Positions 42,530 through 56,098 of a stretch of DNA of 64,000 nucleotides are shown one piece after another. Source of the stretch: the human T2T-CHM13v2.0 reference genome, Homo sapiens. Every line of letters begins with the position of its first letter. The stretch's first letter is position 1. The stretch lies in NCBI RefSeq assembly GCF_009914755.1, contig NC_060945.1; one strand, 5' to 3'. Made by a program: the position numbers and the translations under genes. Below the pieces are notes generated by a model. The model saw nothing but the letters and a program-made list of their open reading frames with translations, did not search any database and had not been told where the DNA came from.

Positions 42530-42692
42530 TTTCCATTCAAAATGTGGTTCACAGACCCGCCACATCAGCACCATCCGAGAGCTTATTAGTAATGTGTAGA
42601 TTCTCATGTCCCAGCCAGACTTACAGAATTGGGGTCTGTATCTTAACAAGAACCCCAGATGATTTGTGTACAAATGAAAGTTCGAAAGCTGT
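42530..42692. mobile_element. MER5-type MITE in the 3'UTR
   Basis: tcaaaatgtggttcacagacc...tctgtatcttaacaagaaccccagatgatttgtgtacaaatgaaagtt. Confidence 0.65.
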
Positions 42693-43225
42693 GCTCTGGA
42701 CAGTGTTCTCAAAGCAACTTTCTGAAGCCGTGTGGAAAACTGACTCTGTGTGGGTCCCGTATCCCTGTGGCATCCAGACCTGGCCTCTCTTCATTTCATT
42801 ATTATTGGCCAATATTTCTTTCAGCCATTTCATTTCTTATCTATTAAAATGGCTTGCCCATAAAGGAACTGCATAGGATTATCCCCTGACATTCCAAGAG
42901 CAAAATAAAGCTCTTGAGAGTAATTGTTGTCTCAGTCATGCTTGCTGATTACAGTTAGCACAAAAGAAAAATTCAGCTGCCTGACAATACAGGAAATGTT
43001 CTCAGATGCTGATGTTTGTAAGGTCCGGTGGGGCCATGAGGAAGAAGAGGAGCTGAAGGTAAGAAACTCATAAACAAGATGACTCTTTGATGCATGAACA
43101 AGATTTGAAAATCTCAAGCCTGTAAAGAATACCCCTGCTATTTAAATAAAGCTCATACCAAGAGGTAACATTTTGCCCCGGGCCAAATTCAGGGGTCTAG
43201 TGCCCTGCATTCCTTTGAGGCAAAA

Positions 43226-43231
43226 AATAAA
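43226..43231 (+). terminator. Candidate poly(A) signal AATAAA
   Basis: Canonical hexamer, the last of a cluster (42904, 43145, 43226). Confidence 0.55.
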
Positions 43232-43377
43232 TGGGCTATGACTGGTTAAATGTCCAAAAGGTGAATTCTCATTTCATTCAAACAAAGACAGATTTGCGCA
43301 TTCACTCAAGCAGAATGTGGCCATGAATATTCAGCCCCTGCATACATACAAAGATGTACGCATGATTCCCCCCACCA

Positions 43378-43516
43378 AGCACACACACAGTCACACACGC
43401 ACACACACACACATGCACACACGCGCGTGCACACACGCACACATGCACACACACATACGCACACGTAAACACATGCACACATGCACACACGCGCACACAT
43501 GCACACACGCACACAC
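43378..43516. repeat. Compound (CA)n/(CACG)/(CATG) alternating purine-pyrimidine tract
   Basis: Direct reading, about 140 bp. Confidence 0.9.
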
Positions 43517-44310
43517 TTGCACAGGCCCTGGCTCTTCAAGCATAATCATGGTAGTCATCAGTGAAAGACATTTGAGGTTAAGACAGCAAGTCCTTGACAA
43601 ATATATTCATGTCTATTTGGTTCTAGTTCTATAAAAATATGAACATTGGGACTCAGAGAAAATGGGGAAAATAAAGTGGATTCAGGTTATCAGTGAAATG
43701 ATGGTATAGATTACAGCAAATCTGGATATATATTGATGTTACTGCATTTGCAAATGTCCTCCCATTAAACAGAAAATGTGGCTAAAATCCCTGGCCTGGA
43801 ACTGAACTAGTTTAAGGCAGGTGTAAGAATAGTGGGAGGAAAGTTTGTGAAAGTTTAAAGAATGCCCTCAATCCATGAACGAGAGGGAGGATGTTGTCTT
43901 TAATTATTTAGAAGGTTTTTTTTTCCTTGTCTGTTGATAATTTTATGGAAGGTTGCTTTAGATCTCCATTCCTTAAAAAATATTACATGTCAGTGTAGTT
44001 AGATATTATCTCTTTTAGTTATTATACTTGCTATTTTTACTGTATAGTGTGGTATAATCAACAAAAAATAATGCCACGGTCATGTTTACACCTTTTCTGT
44101 TGCACTATTAAATTCTTTTCACAGTATTCATATCAATGCTAATTTGAATGTGATGCCAATTAAAAATCTTGTTCATTTATATTGTATATGGTACAAGGAC
44201 GTAGCATAAGATCCAAAAAAAATTTTGTATTGTCATTTAGCATATCAATTTCAGCCAAATTTGGAAGACTTGATCATCTTATCTTTTGCTCTACACACTC
44301 AAAACAAATA

Positions 44311-45231
44311 TTGCAGCAGAAATATCACCTTAAAAATATCTTATTTTATATTTAGATAATATTGAAATCACAGTCTATTAAAATTGGAAATTTAATTCAA
44401 ATAAAAATCAAACAAAATAGTTGTTTCAATTTATCTAAATATCTGGTCTTAAGAGTGCCTTAAGAGTGTCTCGTTTTTAAGAGTGTCTTAAAAACCAATA
44501 TATGTATAAGTCAACAAATCATATAATATTCAATAAATAGCTCTGAAGTTGTATCTGATTTGAAACTTACCATTTTCCTGGAACCTTAACTATTATTACT
44601 TTGTACGTAATACTTTCATGTTACTATGCTAACAAAGGATTTAGGTAGCCAACTTAATTTATTATATCTGGTCGGTCTTCTGCTTGAAACAGATTCACAC
44701 TCAACACCCAACTAAGGAGGAGCCAAAGTAGTGGAGTATTCCTGACCCAAAAAGGCTTTTGAATTTTGAAACATTTCTAATGTGTTAGGTTTTCTCAATG
44801 AGACCATTAAAAAACGTTGTGTTCCATTTGAGAAACCAGAGTCAACAGCAGTAAATCAGTGTGCCCCACAAGCCACGTCTTATTCAGCAATAAAATAGTG
44901 CTCACATGGTGCCTGGCAGACAGTGGCTCTGGACAGCAAAGCACTGAGTCACCCAACCCCACTCCTTTGGGATGGGGTTGGGAGTCATGCATTGGCTCCC
45001 TTTTTCATCCTGGGGAAATTACAACACAACGCAGAGTGTCCAGAAATCTAAAGAGCTGGTTTAAGGTGAAAAAAATGCCATGAATGAATGAACCAGATGT
45101 TTAATAAATCAAAACAACTATTTTGTTGGATTTTTATTTGAATTAAATTTCCCAATTTTTAATAGACTGTGATTTCAATATTATCGAAATGTAAACAAAG
45201 ATATATTTTTAAGGTGGCATTTCTACTCCAG
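44311..45231. repeat. Non-Alu inverted repeat, ~137-bp arms (44311-44447 / 45092-45231), ~645-bp spacer
   Basis: gataatattgaaatcacagtctattaaaattggaaatttaattcaaataaaaatcaaacaaaatagttgttt pairs with aaacaactattttgttggatttttatttgaattaaatttcccaatttttaatagactgtgatttcaatattatc. Confidence 0.92.
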
Positions 45232-45494
45232 CATGAAAAAAATAGTGGCATTTGCACTCTAGCATTATTCTGTCTCCCTTATTTGAGTCTTCAATATATA
45301 TGCCCAGCTGGAGGGAGAAGAAGAGAAAAATGAAAGCACTAGGCCTTTGACTAGGTTTGGTTCTATATGCTGTCATGATGTTCAAAATGTCAGACATTTG
45401 ACCACATGGCACAGTGAATACTCTCACGCTCTCAATTTTGGCTTTCATTCTTGCTAGACTTTTCTTCTATTAAATTTCTGAAATAACTAGTTTT

Positions 45495-45838
45495 TTTTTT
45501 TTGAACTTGAAAATCAGCTTTTTATTTTTTTTAATTTTATTATTATTATACTTTAAGTTTTAGGGTACATGTGCACAACGTGCAGGTTTGTTACATATGT
45601 ATACATGTGCCATGTTGGTGTGCTGCACCCATTAACTCGTCATTTAGCATTAGGTATATCTCCTAATGCTATCCCTCCCCCCTCCCCCCACCCCACAACA
45701 GTCCCCGGTGTGTGATGTTCCCCTTCCTGTGTCCATGTGTTCTCATTGTTCAATTTCCACCTATGAGTGAGAACATGCGGTGTTTGGTTTTCTGTCCTTG
45801 AGATAGTTTGCTGAGAATGATGGTTTCCAGTTTCATCC
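45495..45838 (-). mobile_element. 5'-truncated L1PA3-like insertion with a short 3' transduction
   Basis: Young L1 3'UTR with the GAG (non-Ta) diagnostic; TSD aataactagtttt at 45482-45494 and 45839-45851. Confidence 0.93.
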
Positions 45839-45969
45839 AATAACTAGTTTTATCATAGCTTTCCATGATGTAATTTTTTAAGCGAAAGGTACTAACATTT
45901 CCAGTCTTGATTTCCAAGTTTTGTGGTGTGCACTCGAAATCTAGTCTCTGATTGTTAAACTCTGGGTAG

Positions 45970-46582
<613 letters not shown>

Positions 46583-49037
46583 TCACTTAACCCTATGGCC
46601 CTCCTTATCTTGCACCCAATTTCTTTTCAACATCATACATGCTTGGTTGACTGTTTCTTCATATTTGCTGTTCATTCTATAAAGTCAAATAGATTGGTGG
46701 GTTAAAAAATAATCAATTCAAATTCAAATTAGGAATTTATGGACATTCAGATATCCACATATTTGAGGGCAGGAATTTTTACTTTTCAATTGGTATGTTG
46801 GCAGTGTGTAAAAATAGAAGACCAAGAGAAGGCGGTTGATTGGAGTTGATACTTAATAGCTAATAAAAATTACAAGAAAGGATGGTGGAAGTCAAAGGAC
46901 AGAACTGATACACGAGTATAAAAGCCAACGATGTCATATATGTAGGCAAAGTCTTTGTAATCTGAATATAATGCCAGAGAGCTAGGGCTGCCAGGCACTC
47001 TGTATGTGCAGAATATGTCCTATATGGAGTAATTTTTTATTTGTGTAGACTTTTTTAGGATACGTTAAATGTCTTACATGCAACCTTTTTTTCCCCATAT
47101 ATTACAAAATTGCCTTGGAAATTAGACAAATCTTCAAACTTAACTGAAACTCCTGTCCTGAATAGTTATTTGCCAAATCTGACAAATTTACAAAGAGTGT
47201 TCACATAATCCCAAACTATGCCCATTTCTACAAGAGAAATACATGCCTCTTTATTTGGAGTTTATGATATTCATACAACTAGTAGTAGAGTCAGGGAGTA
47301 TTCCAGAAACATATTTCCCTGGCTTGCCCAATTATCAAGGGAAAATTTCAGCTGAACACGGGGAACCCAGTCTTTGACACTCCTGTGTGCAGTGTGGAGC
47401 AGCGTGCACTGTCTGAGTCTCCATAGTGAGGAATGGTCTTCCCTGGGGCATCACCCTAGAAGGATGGGCTCAAAGTCGCCCTCCACGTGGGTGCACAGGA
47501 GCCCAGATTCTCAAGCCCCAGTTGCAGAATTAGGCTGATGGTTTTACAAAAGAGTCCTCCTAAAAGTCCATCACTAAGTTTTGTTTGGTTAGCAACCCTT
47601 GCCACATGATGTAGTACTTAGCTATAATTTTATTTTTATTCAAGGCCAAATCTTATCTGGTGTCCATGCCTTCCCACCTACTTAAAATTTCAAATTTCAC
47701 CCTCAAAAATATTTCAGTAAATAAAAGTTAGATCTACTCAAAATTAGACTCCAAGGGAATTACTATAGTTGATTATAGAGTATCTATTTCCTTAAAAAAA
47801 AAAAAAACCATAAGTTGTTGACTCTGAGCTAGGAAATGCGTGATCTCTCAGCTGACTTACTTTATGCAAATTTACTTAATATTATAGAAGAGTAAAGAGC
47901 TTCCAAGAAGGTGATTGGAGGGAAGTTCAAAGGGAAGATTTTTTTCATTCACTGTAGTTTTAGCTGTATTCTTTCATCTGCAATCAAATCTCAGGATTAA
48001 GGATGTCGTATTACATCAAATCATTACAGGAAGTATGACTGTATCAGCGGCTTTTTACAAAAACAAACCTCCAGATCACAAAAGGAAGCTGTGTTTGTGT
48101 ACTGACACGAAGTGTTATGTAGCAGCCAGGAGAGGAAGGATAGCAGCCGACTTGGATCCATTTTTGAGGAATTATTTCTGTAAGGTGTCATGGAATTGTA
48201 AGTTACAAAAATAAGGCTTTTGTAAACAGAATCTCCATTCCAGAAGGACGGACTCCAAAATGCTACTTAATGAAATTCATGGGAATGTTATGGTGATGGA
48301 AATCCCAAATGACATGTAGATTTTATATGCAAACAATCCCACTGCTTGTAACTCCTGGCAGTGTGTACTTACCAAAATCTTGATCACACTTAGGTCTCTT
48401 GCTATATATAGAACCACATCTGATCCTTATACAGTGTTGCAAGATATATGTCCTTGCTTTCCCATGGTTCTTAAGTGAGTCTTAAGCTTGGATTTGCTCC
48501 AGCAGAATGGTGGTTTGTGTTTCTCAAGGCTGAGCTACTATTTGGTGCATGTCGGAAATCTCACACTAACTGTGGATACTCTGTCATCACTGAACCCAAT
48601 CATACAATGACCAGACAGCTTTAAATACCTACTTTTGTATGCTATGAATTCATCCGTTTACTTGTCAAATCCTTTATTTCCATATGTGTCTCCATCACCT
48701 TTTTTTTCTCTCCGGATAAATGGAATTACTGTAACTTGTGAAACAATGGCAAACACTATAAAGCTAATTTTACAGTCTTGAGTTTCTTTTTGTTTCACTG
48801 GAATGGTAATGGTGTTACAGTGGTGCTCTGACAGACAAAAAATCTAATATGTCCTTAGAAAGTTCAGAGGGGAACTTATTTGAAATAACCTTTTCCAGTG
48901 ATGGCAATCACAATAATGTGGGAATGACTAGGTCCTAAAAACTTATCAAGGTGTTACTGTATATCAGTACGTAAAGAAATGTATTTTGCTTCTTTCCAAT
49001 CACTGAATAGAAAATGAAATCCCTGCCTCATCGCTCC

Positions 49038-49325
49038 TTTTTTTTTTTTTTTTTAAGACAGAGTCTCACTCCATCCCTCAGGCTGGAGAGCAGTGGCTCA
49101 CTGCAATCTCCACCTCCAGGATTCAAATGATTCTCCTGCCTCAGCCTCCCAAGTAGCTGGGATTACAGGTGTGTGCCACCACGCCCAGCTAATTTTTTTA
49201 TTTTTAGTAGAGATAGGGTTTCACCATGTTGGCCAAGTGGGTCTCAAACTCCTGACCTCAAGTGATCTGCCCGCCTTAGCCTCCTGAGTAGCTGTGATTA
49301 CAGGCATGAGCCACGGCGCCCAGCC
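49038..49325 (-). mobile_element. AluS (small internal deletion)
   Basis: Poly(T) and both arms; TSD-like tcatc(g/t)ctc. Confidence 0.92.
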
Positions 49326-50440
49326 TCATCTCTCTTTTTCTGCCTGATGCTCTCCTGCTCCAGAATGCTTATTTCATTTTAGTCAATGATTAAAAATCAA
49401 GCAACCGTTTAATAACAAACATCCTTTCAGCACTGCAACCCTTACCAAAGTGCCTTTTGTGCTATTGCTCCTTTACTTGGATGGATTAAAAGAAAGAAAA
49501 CACTTAACTACATAAGTCCTACAGGCATTAGTATGGGTGTCACCCTAAAGCCGCACACCTAATTAAAACCCACGTAGCCAAGGAGTGCATCCAAATGGCA
49601 GTAGTTATCCTCCAAGCAGTTTCCTGGGAAAACTACACACACATGCAACAAGATAGTTGCCACAGCTCTGAACATTCCAGAGTGTCTCTCTTAGAGCCCT
49701 CTCCTTTGGAGCCTTGGCTCATTCTTTGTAACATTCTCAGGGGTGGCCAAGCTTTGTTCTTGGAGGGAGCATGTGACAGCTGGAAATAAACAAGGCTGAT
49801 GCAGATAGTAGGAAGTCATCTTTGAGGATACTGTTTGAACAAAAAGGCAAAATGTTTTCTAGAAAGTGCACAGTCATCTGAAACACAGTCATGAAGCTAG
49901 CCGGTGGGACACATTTTATTAATTTTAATTTGCATGGAAGTTTTCAGACACATGTTATTTTCTACCCCGTTATCTCAAACGTCAATTGTCCTTCCAGGAT
50001 GACCTTGGCTGAGAACTGAGCTAACCACATCCAAGCCATAAGGCAGCATTGCTTTCACCACACCATGTCCTTGGAGCAGAGAATAAGGGAATTTGTCATA
50101 GCAACATGGGAAGCTTTGGTTCTGGGCTGGATACGCAACATCCCGGCAGGCATAATTTCCCTTCTCAGAAATCCTGTCTTCATAAATGTTAGACAAACAA
50201 CTTTTATGGTTTAATTTTTCATGCAAAAGTCCATATTCTTCCCAGAAACTCTTACATTGTTCAAGTGATTATGTTCTAAATTAGTCTATTCCTTTACTGG
50301 AATTTAACACTTGCATAATAATCTTAGCTGATAAGGTATTTGAGTGATCTAAATGTGTTTTCACCCGTCCTAAGGGCTGCTTTCTGCATCTTTCTTAGTT
50401 TGCCTCTATTGAGTCTGCCAGAAACTCTTACTCTTTTTAA

Positions 50441-50761
<321 letters not shown>

Positions 50762-50767
50762 CACACA

Positions 50768-50930
50768 TATTTTTAATTAACAAATAATAACTATATATAG
50801 TTAGGGATTACAATGTGATATTTTAATACACATTTTAGAATAATTATATCAAGCTAATTATATATCCATCTCCTCACGTATTTTCTTTTTTGTAGTGAGA
50901 GCATTTAAAACCCACTCTATTAGCAGTTGT
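50768..50930 (-). mobile_element. L1MA-like 3' end fragment
   Basis: tacaatgtgatattttaataca...atcaagctaattatatatccatc...tttgtagtgagagcatttaaaa. Confidence 0.65.
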
Positions 50931-51418
50931 ACTTTCTCTTGACAGTGTACCTCTCTGTAAACTCTGTTTAACGTGCCCACTCAGCATGTGATTTAAAGAT
51001 CTGCAATGAATAAGTCCACTATGACCAACAGACTCACAGCCTCACAGCAGCCCAGAACAGTGTGCTTCTCCTTACCCCTACCCCCACAGTAAGTCTGGCT
51101 GACCTGCTACATGTTCAAATATGTTGTGGCATGTTCTATTGCCCGCGTGCCTCTTCTGCTCATACAAGCCCCACACCCCCCAAACACACAAGTCTCATGA
51201 CATCTGGTCACATCTTAGATATCCAGAGAGCAAGAAATATTCATATTTGTAGGGCTCTGAATGCTAAAAACAACTTCAAATATTCAATAGTCCATGTTAT
51301 ACCCCATGAAAGGGTAGAGGAAGGACATATGCAGTTATCTACACTTTGCAGAAGACCCTGTAGCCCACTGACATCACTTCCAGAGTGGCCCAGTGAGCCA
51401 TTGGTGGCAATCTGGGTC

Positions 51419-51732
51419 TTTTCCTTCTTTTCTTTTCTTTTTTTTTTTGTTGAGACAGGATCTCACTCTGTCACCTGGGCTGGAGTGCAGTGGCGTGATC
51501 ACGGGTCACTGTAACAACTTCCCAGGCTCAAGCAATCCTCCCGCTTCATCCTCCTGAGTAACTGGGACTGCAGGTGTGCGCCACGATACCCGGATAATTT
51601 TTTAATTTTTTTGTAGAGATGAGGTCTCAGCTTATTGCTCAGGCTGATGGCGAACTCCTGAGCTCAAGCGATCTTCACACCTTGGCCTCCCAAAGTGTTG
51701 GGATTACAGGTGTGAGCCACTATGCTCAGTCT
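51419..51732 (-). mobile_element. AluJ
   Basis: caggctcaagcaatcctcc, ttttttgtagagatgaggtctc and gagctcaagcgatc AluJ diagnostics. Confidence 0.9.
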
Positions 51733-53576
51733 GGATTTTTTCCTTCTGGCCTAGTGTTTTATCTCCAAAATTTACAACATGGAAATCTCATGGTGGAGCA
51801 GATTTCCATGTGAGATGGATCAAAATTAGGGCAAAAGTGATAGCAGAATAGATAACCCAGGTGAAAGCATGAGACTGGGAGTCTGGATAAATTGCCTAAA
51901 GGCCTAACATGCTTCAAAAGGTCTGTTATTTAGAGGCTGGCAACATGAGATAAATATCCCGAAGGTAGAGAAGATATGAAGTGATCAATTGAAAAGGAAA
52001 AGGCAGAGGAGTAAGAATGCCATTCATCAAGACAAAAACAGAATCCACATCCCTGCTGTTCATCTAAGCAGAGACAAACGGTTGACCAAAGACTAGACAT
52101 GGGGTGACTAAGATTAAGAAATCCTACAGAAAAGTCAAGATGAACAAGCATTCAGTTCTCAAGTCCTCACATTCATTATGATTGCATCATATGAGGCTCA
52201 GAAAAGTTGAGTAATTTGTCCAGTTACCCATCTACCAAGGCGTAAAGCCAGGAGTGGCCAACATAAAAGCCTGGTTTCCTCTCCATGTTTTGTCCTGCCT
52301 CCCAGGTGGGCCATTACAGGGTGCATCCAAAAAAGCATAGGTGATTTGGTGGTTGATGCTCTTGGAGCCAAAGCAGCATTTGCTTTGTGCTCAAGTGTTT
52401 CCATCAAGTGAAAACAAAGCCATGGTTGAATTGCGGTGTCACCACAGACGACTTGCGGGCGTTGAATTCATGCAATGCAAATAATAAGGGATTGTGCCAG
52501 TGTGCCTCCCATTGTGAATAGAGCAGTGAGCTTTCAACTGAATGTTTTGCTGAGTTCTAAAAACCTGATTTGTAAGGATTTATACTGGGCTTCTCAGAGA
52601 GGCTTTAGGGTAGGTAATTATTTTAAGGTCTTGGCTGATTGAGTCAAGCGGCAAAGAGAGCTTTGTAGAGACAAGCAAACACTGCAGAAACAGTGCAGCT
52701 GGCAAATCCGATACTGAGCTTACAGGGCCTAAAGGGAGCAGGTGAGTGGTCCCAGCACAAGCAGTCACTGCAATTACAGTGACCAGGCCCGGGGAAGGAA
52801 GGCTCAAGATCCAGACACCAAGAAAAGCTAGAAACACAGGGCAAGAGAACAAGGGGTCTTAGAAGCTGACTCTAGAAAGATGTTCTGACAGATTGCTCTT
52901 GGCACTAGGGAAGACCTGCCTACAAATCTCTCCATTTCACAAGCAGATAAATAAAGAGGGGCAAATAGGAGAGGAGTGGAGTATGAACCCACAACACATG
53001 ACGGAGATCAAGGAAGTAGAGCTTCAGGAGCAGAGACCCAGACCCAGGGCCTTCAAATCAAGGGCAGGACTCTGTCCTTAATAGGAGTCAGGAAGAAGGG
53101 AAGCAAGACAAAAATCCTACTGCAGGGACAGAAAAATGAAGGCTGGAACTCAAGTGCAAAGAGGCTGGCCAACACAGGAAAGGAACTGGGTAAAATACTG
53201 GGGCTTCCTCATTGGAAAGAAGGATTTGTGGCAAGCTGGACCTGGACAAGGTACACTTGTTAAGGAGTCAATGGCTCGTAACATCTTCATCTCTCCTCAG
53301 TAGGAATCAGAGCCGGAAACCACAATTTCTATTTCAGTGCTTCCCAGGGCAAGAATTGGCAGCCAGAAGGCAAGCACATCATCACAGCCTGAAGTGCATA
53401 TTTCATCATCAGATGAAGCGGTTTCTCGCATCATTTATTATTTACCCAGTCACTTTAACAACCACCTGATCTCTGAGACAGGTCCGTGGAGTGTTGTGGT
53501 CTCCACATTAATATTTATTTAGCGATGGACATTGTACTAGGAAATAAAAGCAGATTCCTAAAAGAGCTATGTTATT

Positions 53577-54007
53577 TGTATTTTTCGAGGGCTGCCATAA
53601 TAACTGCAAACGGTGGTTTAGAACAATTCATTGTATCACATTTCTGGAGGTCAAAAGTCTGAAGGAGGACCATGCTCCCTCTGAGGTATTTTCGCTGGTC
53701 TCTCCCAGCTTCTAGTAGGCTCAGGAGCTCCTTGGTTTGTAGGAGCATAATTCTATAATTCTAATCTCTGTCTTCATGTGCACATGGTGTTCTCACATCA
53801 GCTTCCCTTTGTGCCTGTCTCTGTGTCCAAATTGCCCCCTTTTTATAAGGACTCCAGTCATGTTGGATTAGGGACCACCCTAATGACCTCATTTTAATTT
53901 GACTACCTTTCTAAAGATCCTATTTCCAAATAAGGTCACATTCTGAGGTACTAGGGGGTTAGGGTTTCAACATATCTTTTTGGGAGGATACAATTCAACC
54001 CATAACA
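53577..54007 (-). mobile_element. MaLR solo LTR (MLT1B/C-like)
   Basis: gggctgccataa...ttataaggactccagtcatgttggattagggaccaccctaatgacctcattttaa...caattcaacccataaca. Confidence 0.88.
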
Positions 54008-54709
54008 CTATTCTTTCCCATCCATTTCATCACCAATTGATCTACCTTCAACCTTCCTTCTAATCAGAATCATACTCATATAAATAAACCAGAATAAGAT
54101 TCTTTGCTTTGGAAGAGACAGAAGCTTTCTCTGGGTTACTGTAACTGTCCTGAATTTCCTATTTCTGCAGAATGGACAGAAAAAGCTGACTTCTAGCAGA
54201 CATTCTATTATAGTTTGACCATAGCCACATGGGAAGTTATGCCAGTGGACATTCCTTTGGAGACAGTTTCTGGTTCTTAGTGCAGAGAGCAAAGAACATT
54301 CTTCCTTGGAAATTGCCTCCACTATTTTGTAAACAGGAGAGGACTTTTCAAACCTGGTTTTCAAACAGCCAGAGACTAATTGTGCCCTCTCCAAGTTAAT
54401 CATATACTGGGCTTCCTCTCTCAACTGCTCTCACAAAGCTTGCTGATTTCTCAATAGCACTGAGATACTTGAAAATAATTGATTTCTAGATGCCTTTCAT
54501 AATTCTGGCTCTGCCATTGTCGTCATTTTGTGTCTCCTACTATAAAGGTTAGGGAAAACCCTTGCTTGGCAAGCCAGCAACTCAGGTATGTTGCCTCAAG
54601 GTGATTCTGCATCCATCACTGGACCACCAGCTGAGGTCCCCACACTTGCTTTGCTTTGCTGAGTCAAGTCGCACCCCATTGTTTTGAGAATAATGCTCTT
54701 ATGTGTTGC

Positions 54710-55330
54710 ATTTCTCCCCAAACCTCTCCTCATCCAGTGCCGGAAACGTGAGAGCTACCCTTGCTTTCTCCCACTCCCTCATCACCTGTATCTAATTCAT
54801 CACAAATCCCCGTCCACGCTACCCCTGGCATTGCTCTCAAGTCAGTTTCTTCTCTTCCATTCTAATCTCCCGGTGCTTAGTTCTGGCCACCATCATCATC
54901 ATCATCACAATATATGTTTTTAAAAAGGCACATTTCACACTGGCTACCCTGTTTCTAGTCTTTCTCCTTCCCAATCTATTCTCCACACTGTACCCAGTGT
55001 GGTCATTCTAAAATAGAAGTCCGATCATATTACTCTTTCACTCAAAACCCAACCTCCAGATAAAGGGCAAGTGTCCAGACATTGGACTCATGCCTCTCCT
55101 TGATCTTGCTCCTGGTAACCTCCTCCCTTGTCATCTCTTTCCCTTGCGCTCTACTTTCAAACATCCTGAACTCTTTGCAATCCCCCAGTGCTGAAGGTTT
55201 TTCCTCCTCCTGCAGCCTCTGGGATATTGGTTATGCTTCTCCTTTCTGGGATGCTACCACCCCAACCCTGGCCAACTCCTGCTTGGTCTGCTGGCTGTCT
55301 GTCTGAATGGCTTTCTTGACAGTGCCTATG
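54710..55330 (+). mobile_element. L2 fragment (contains a short (CAT)n)
   Basis: ccaatctattctccacactg...ttctaaaatagaagtccgatcatattactct. Confidence 0.5.
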
Positions 55331-55387
55331 TGATTCTAGAGGAAGGGATCCTGCCACTCTGTTGACTTCCCCATGGTGCACAGGACC

Positions 55388-56098
55388 TGATATGGGATGG
55401 GGGGCAGGGAAGTGCCGGGCAAAGAAGAGCAGAGTCCCTGGTGAGGGCTATACCCTCTGGCCTGTGCCCACGGACCTAAATGAGGATAGGCATTTCTGGT
55501 TTTGAGTTCAAAAAGTTGCCTTTTGGCCTGCCACACCCCTTCCCCCATCCTATGCCTATAAAAATCTAGGACTGTAGCAGGCACAGACACAAGTGGCTAG
55601 ACGTTGAGAGGAGCAGAAGAACACACTGGCAAACACCAGCAGACACTGGCAGGCCAGTGACAGTAGAATGACATAGACACGAAGAGAATTCAGTCAGGGG
55701 TGGTCAGAGAAGAGTCCAGCCGCTGGATGGCCAGACTCCAGGGGAAGATCGCTTTCCCACTCCATCCCCCTTCTGACTCCCCATCCATCTCGCTGAGAGC
55801 TACCTCCACCACTCAATAAAAGCTTGCACTCATCTAAGCCCACGTGTGATCTGATTCTTCCAGTACAGTAGGGCAAGAACCCGGGATACAGAAAGCCCTC
55901 TGTCCTTGTAATGGGGAGTTGTAAACACTCACCCCTAGGTACTGCCATGGGGTTGGAACCCAAACATGCTCCCCGCAACCTCTGCACCTGCTCATCTGCA
56001 TGCTCCCACTATGGGGCTGAACAGTGGGGTTCCAAAGAAGCGAGCAACACCCCTGTTACATGCCCTGCAAGGGGGATAAGGGAACTTCTCCGGTTTCA
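55388..56098 (+). mobile_element. ERV1-class solo LTR (LTR27/LTR1/MER52 group)
   Basis: TG...CA termini (tgatatggga...ggtttca), TATA cctataaaa near 55555, AATAAA 55815-55820. Confidence 0.82.

Larger units (their letters stand above)
41823..43260 (+). other. KCNJ15: KCNJ15 3'UTR (proximal forms; may extend further)
   Basis: Follows the TGA; AATAAA at 42058, 42904, 43145 and 43226, ATTAAA at 42141. Confidence 0.65.

Noticed and set aside
43302-43634. His/Thr- and Cys/Val-rich ORFs
   Set aside because: Translations of the CA/TG microsatellite.
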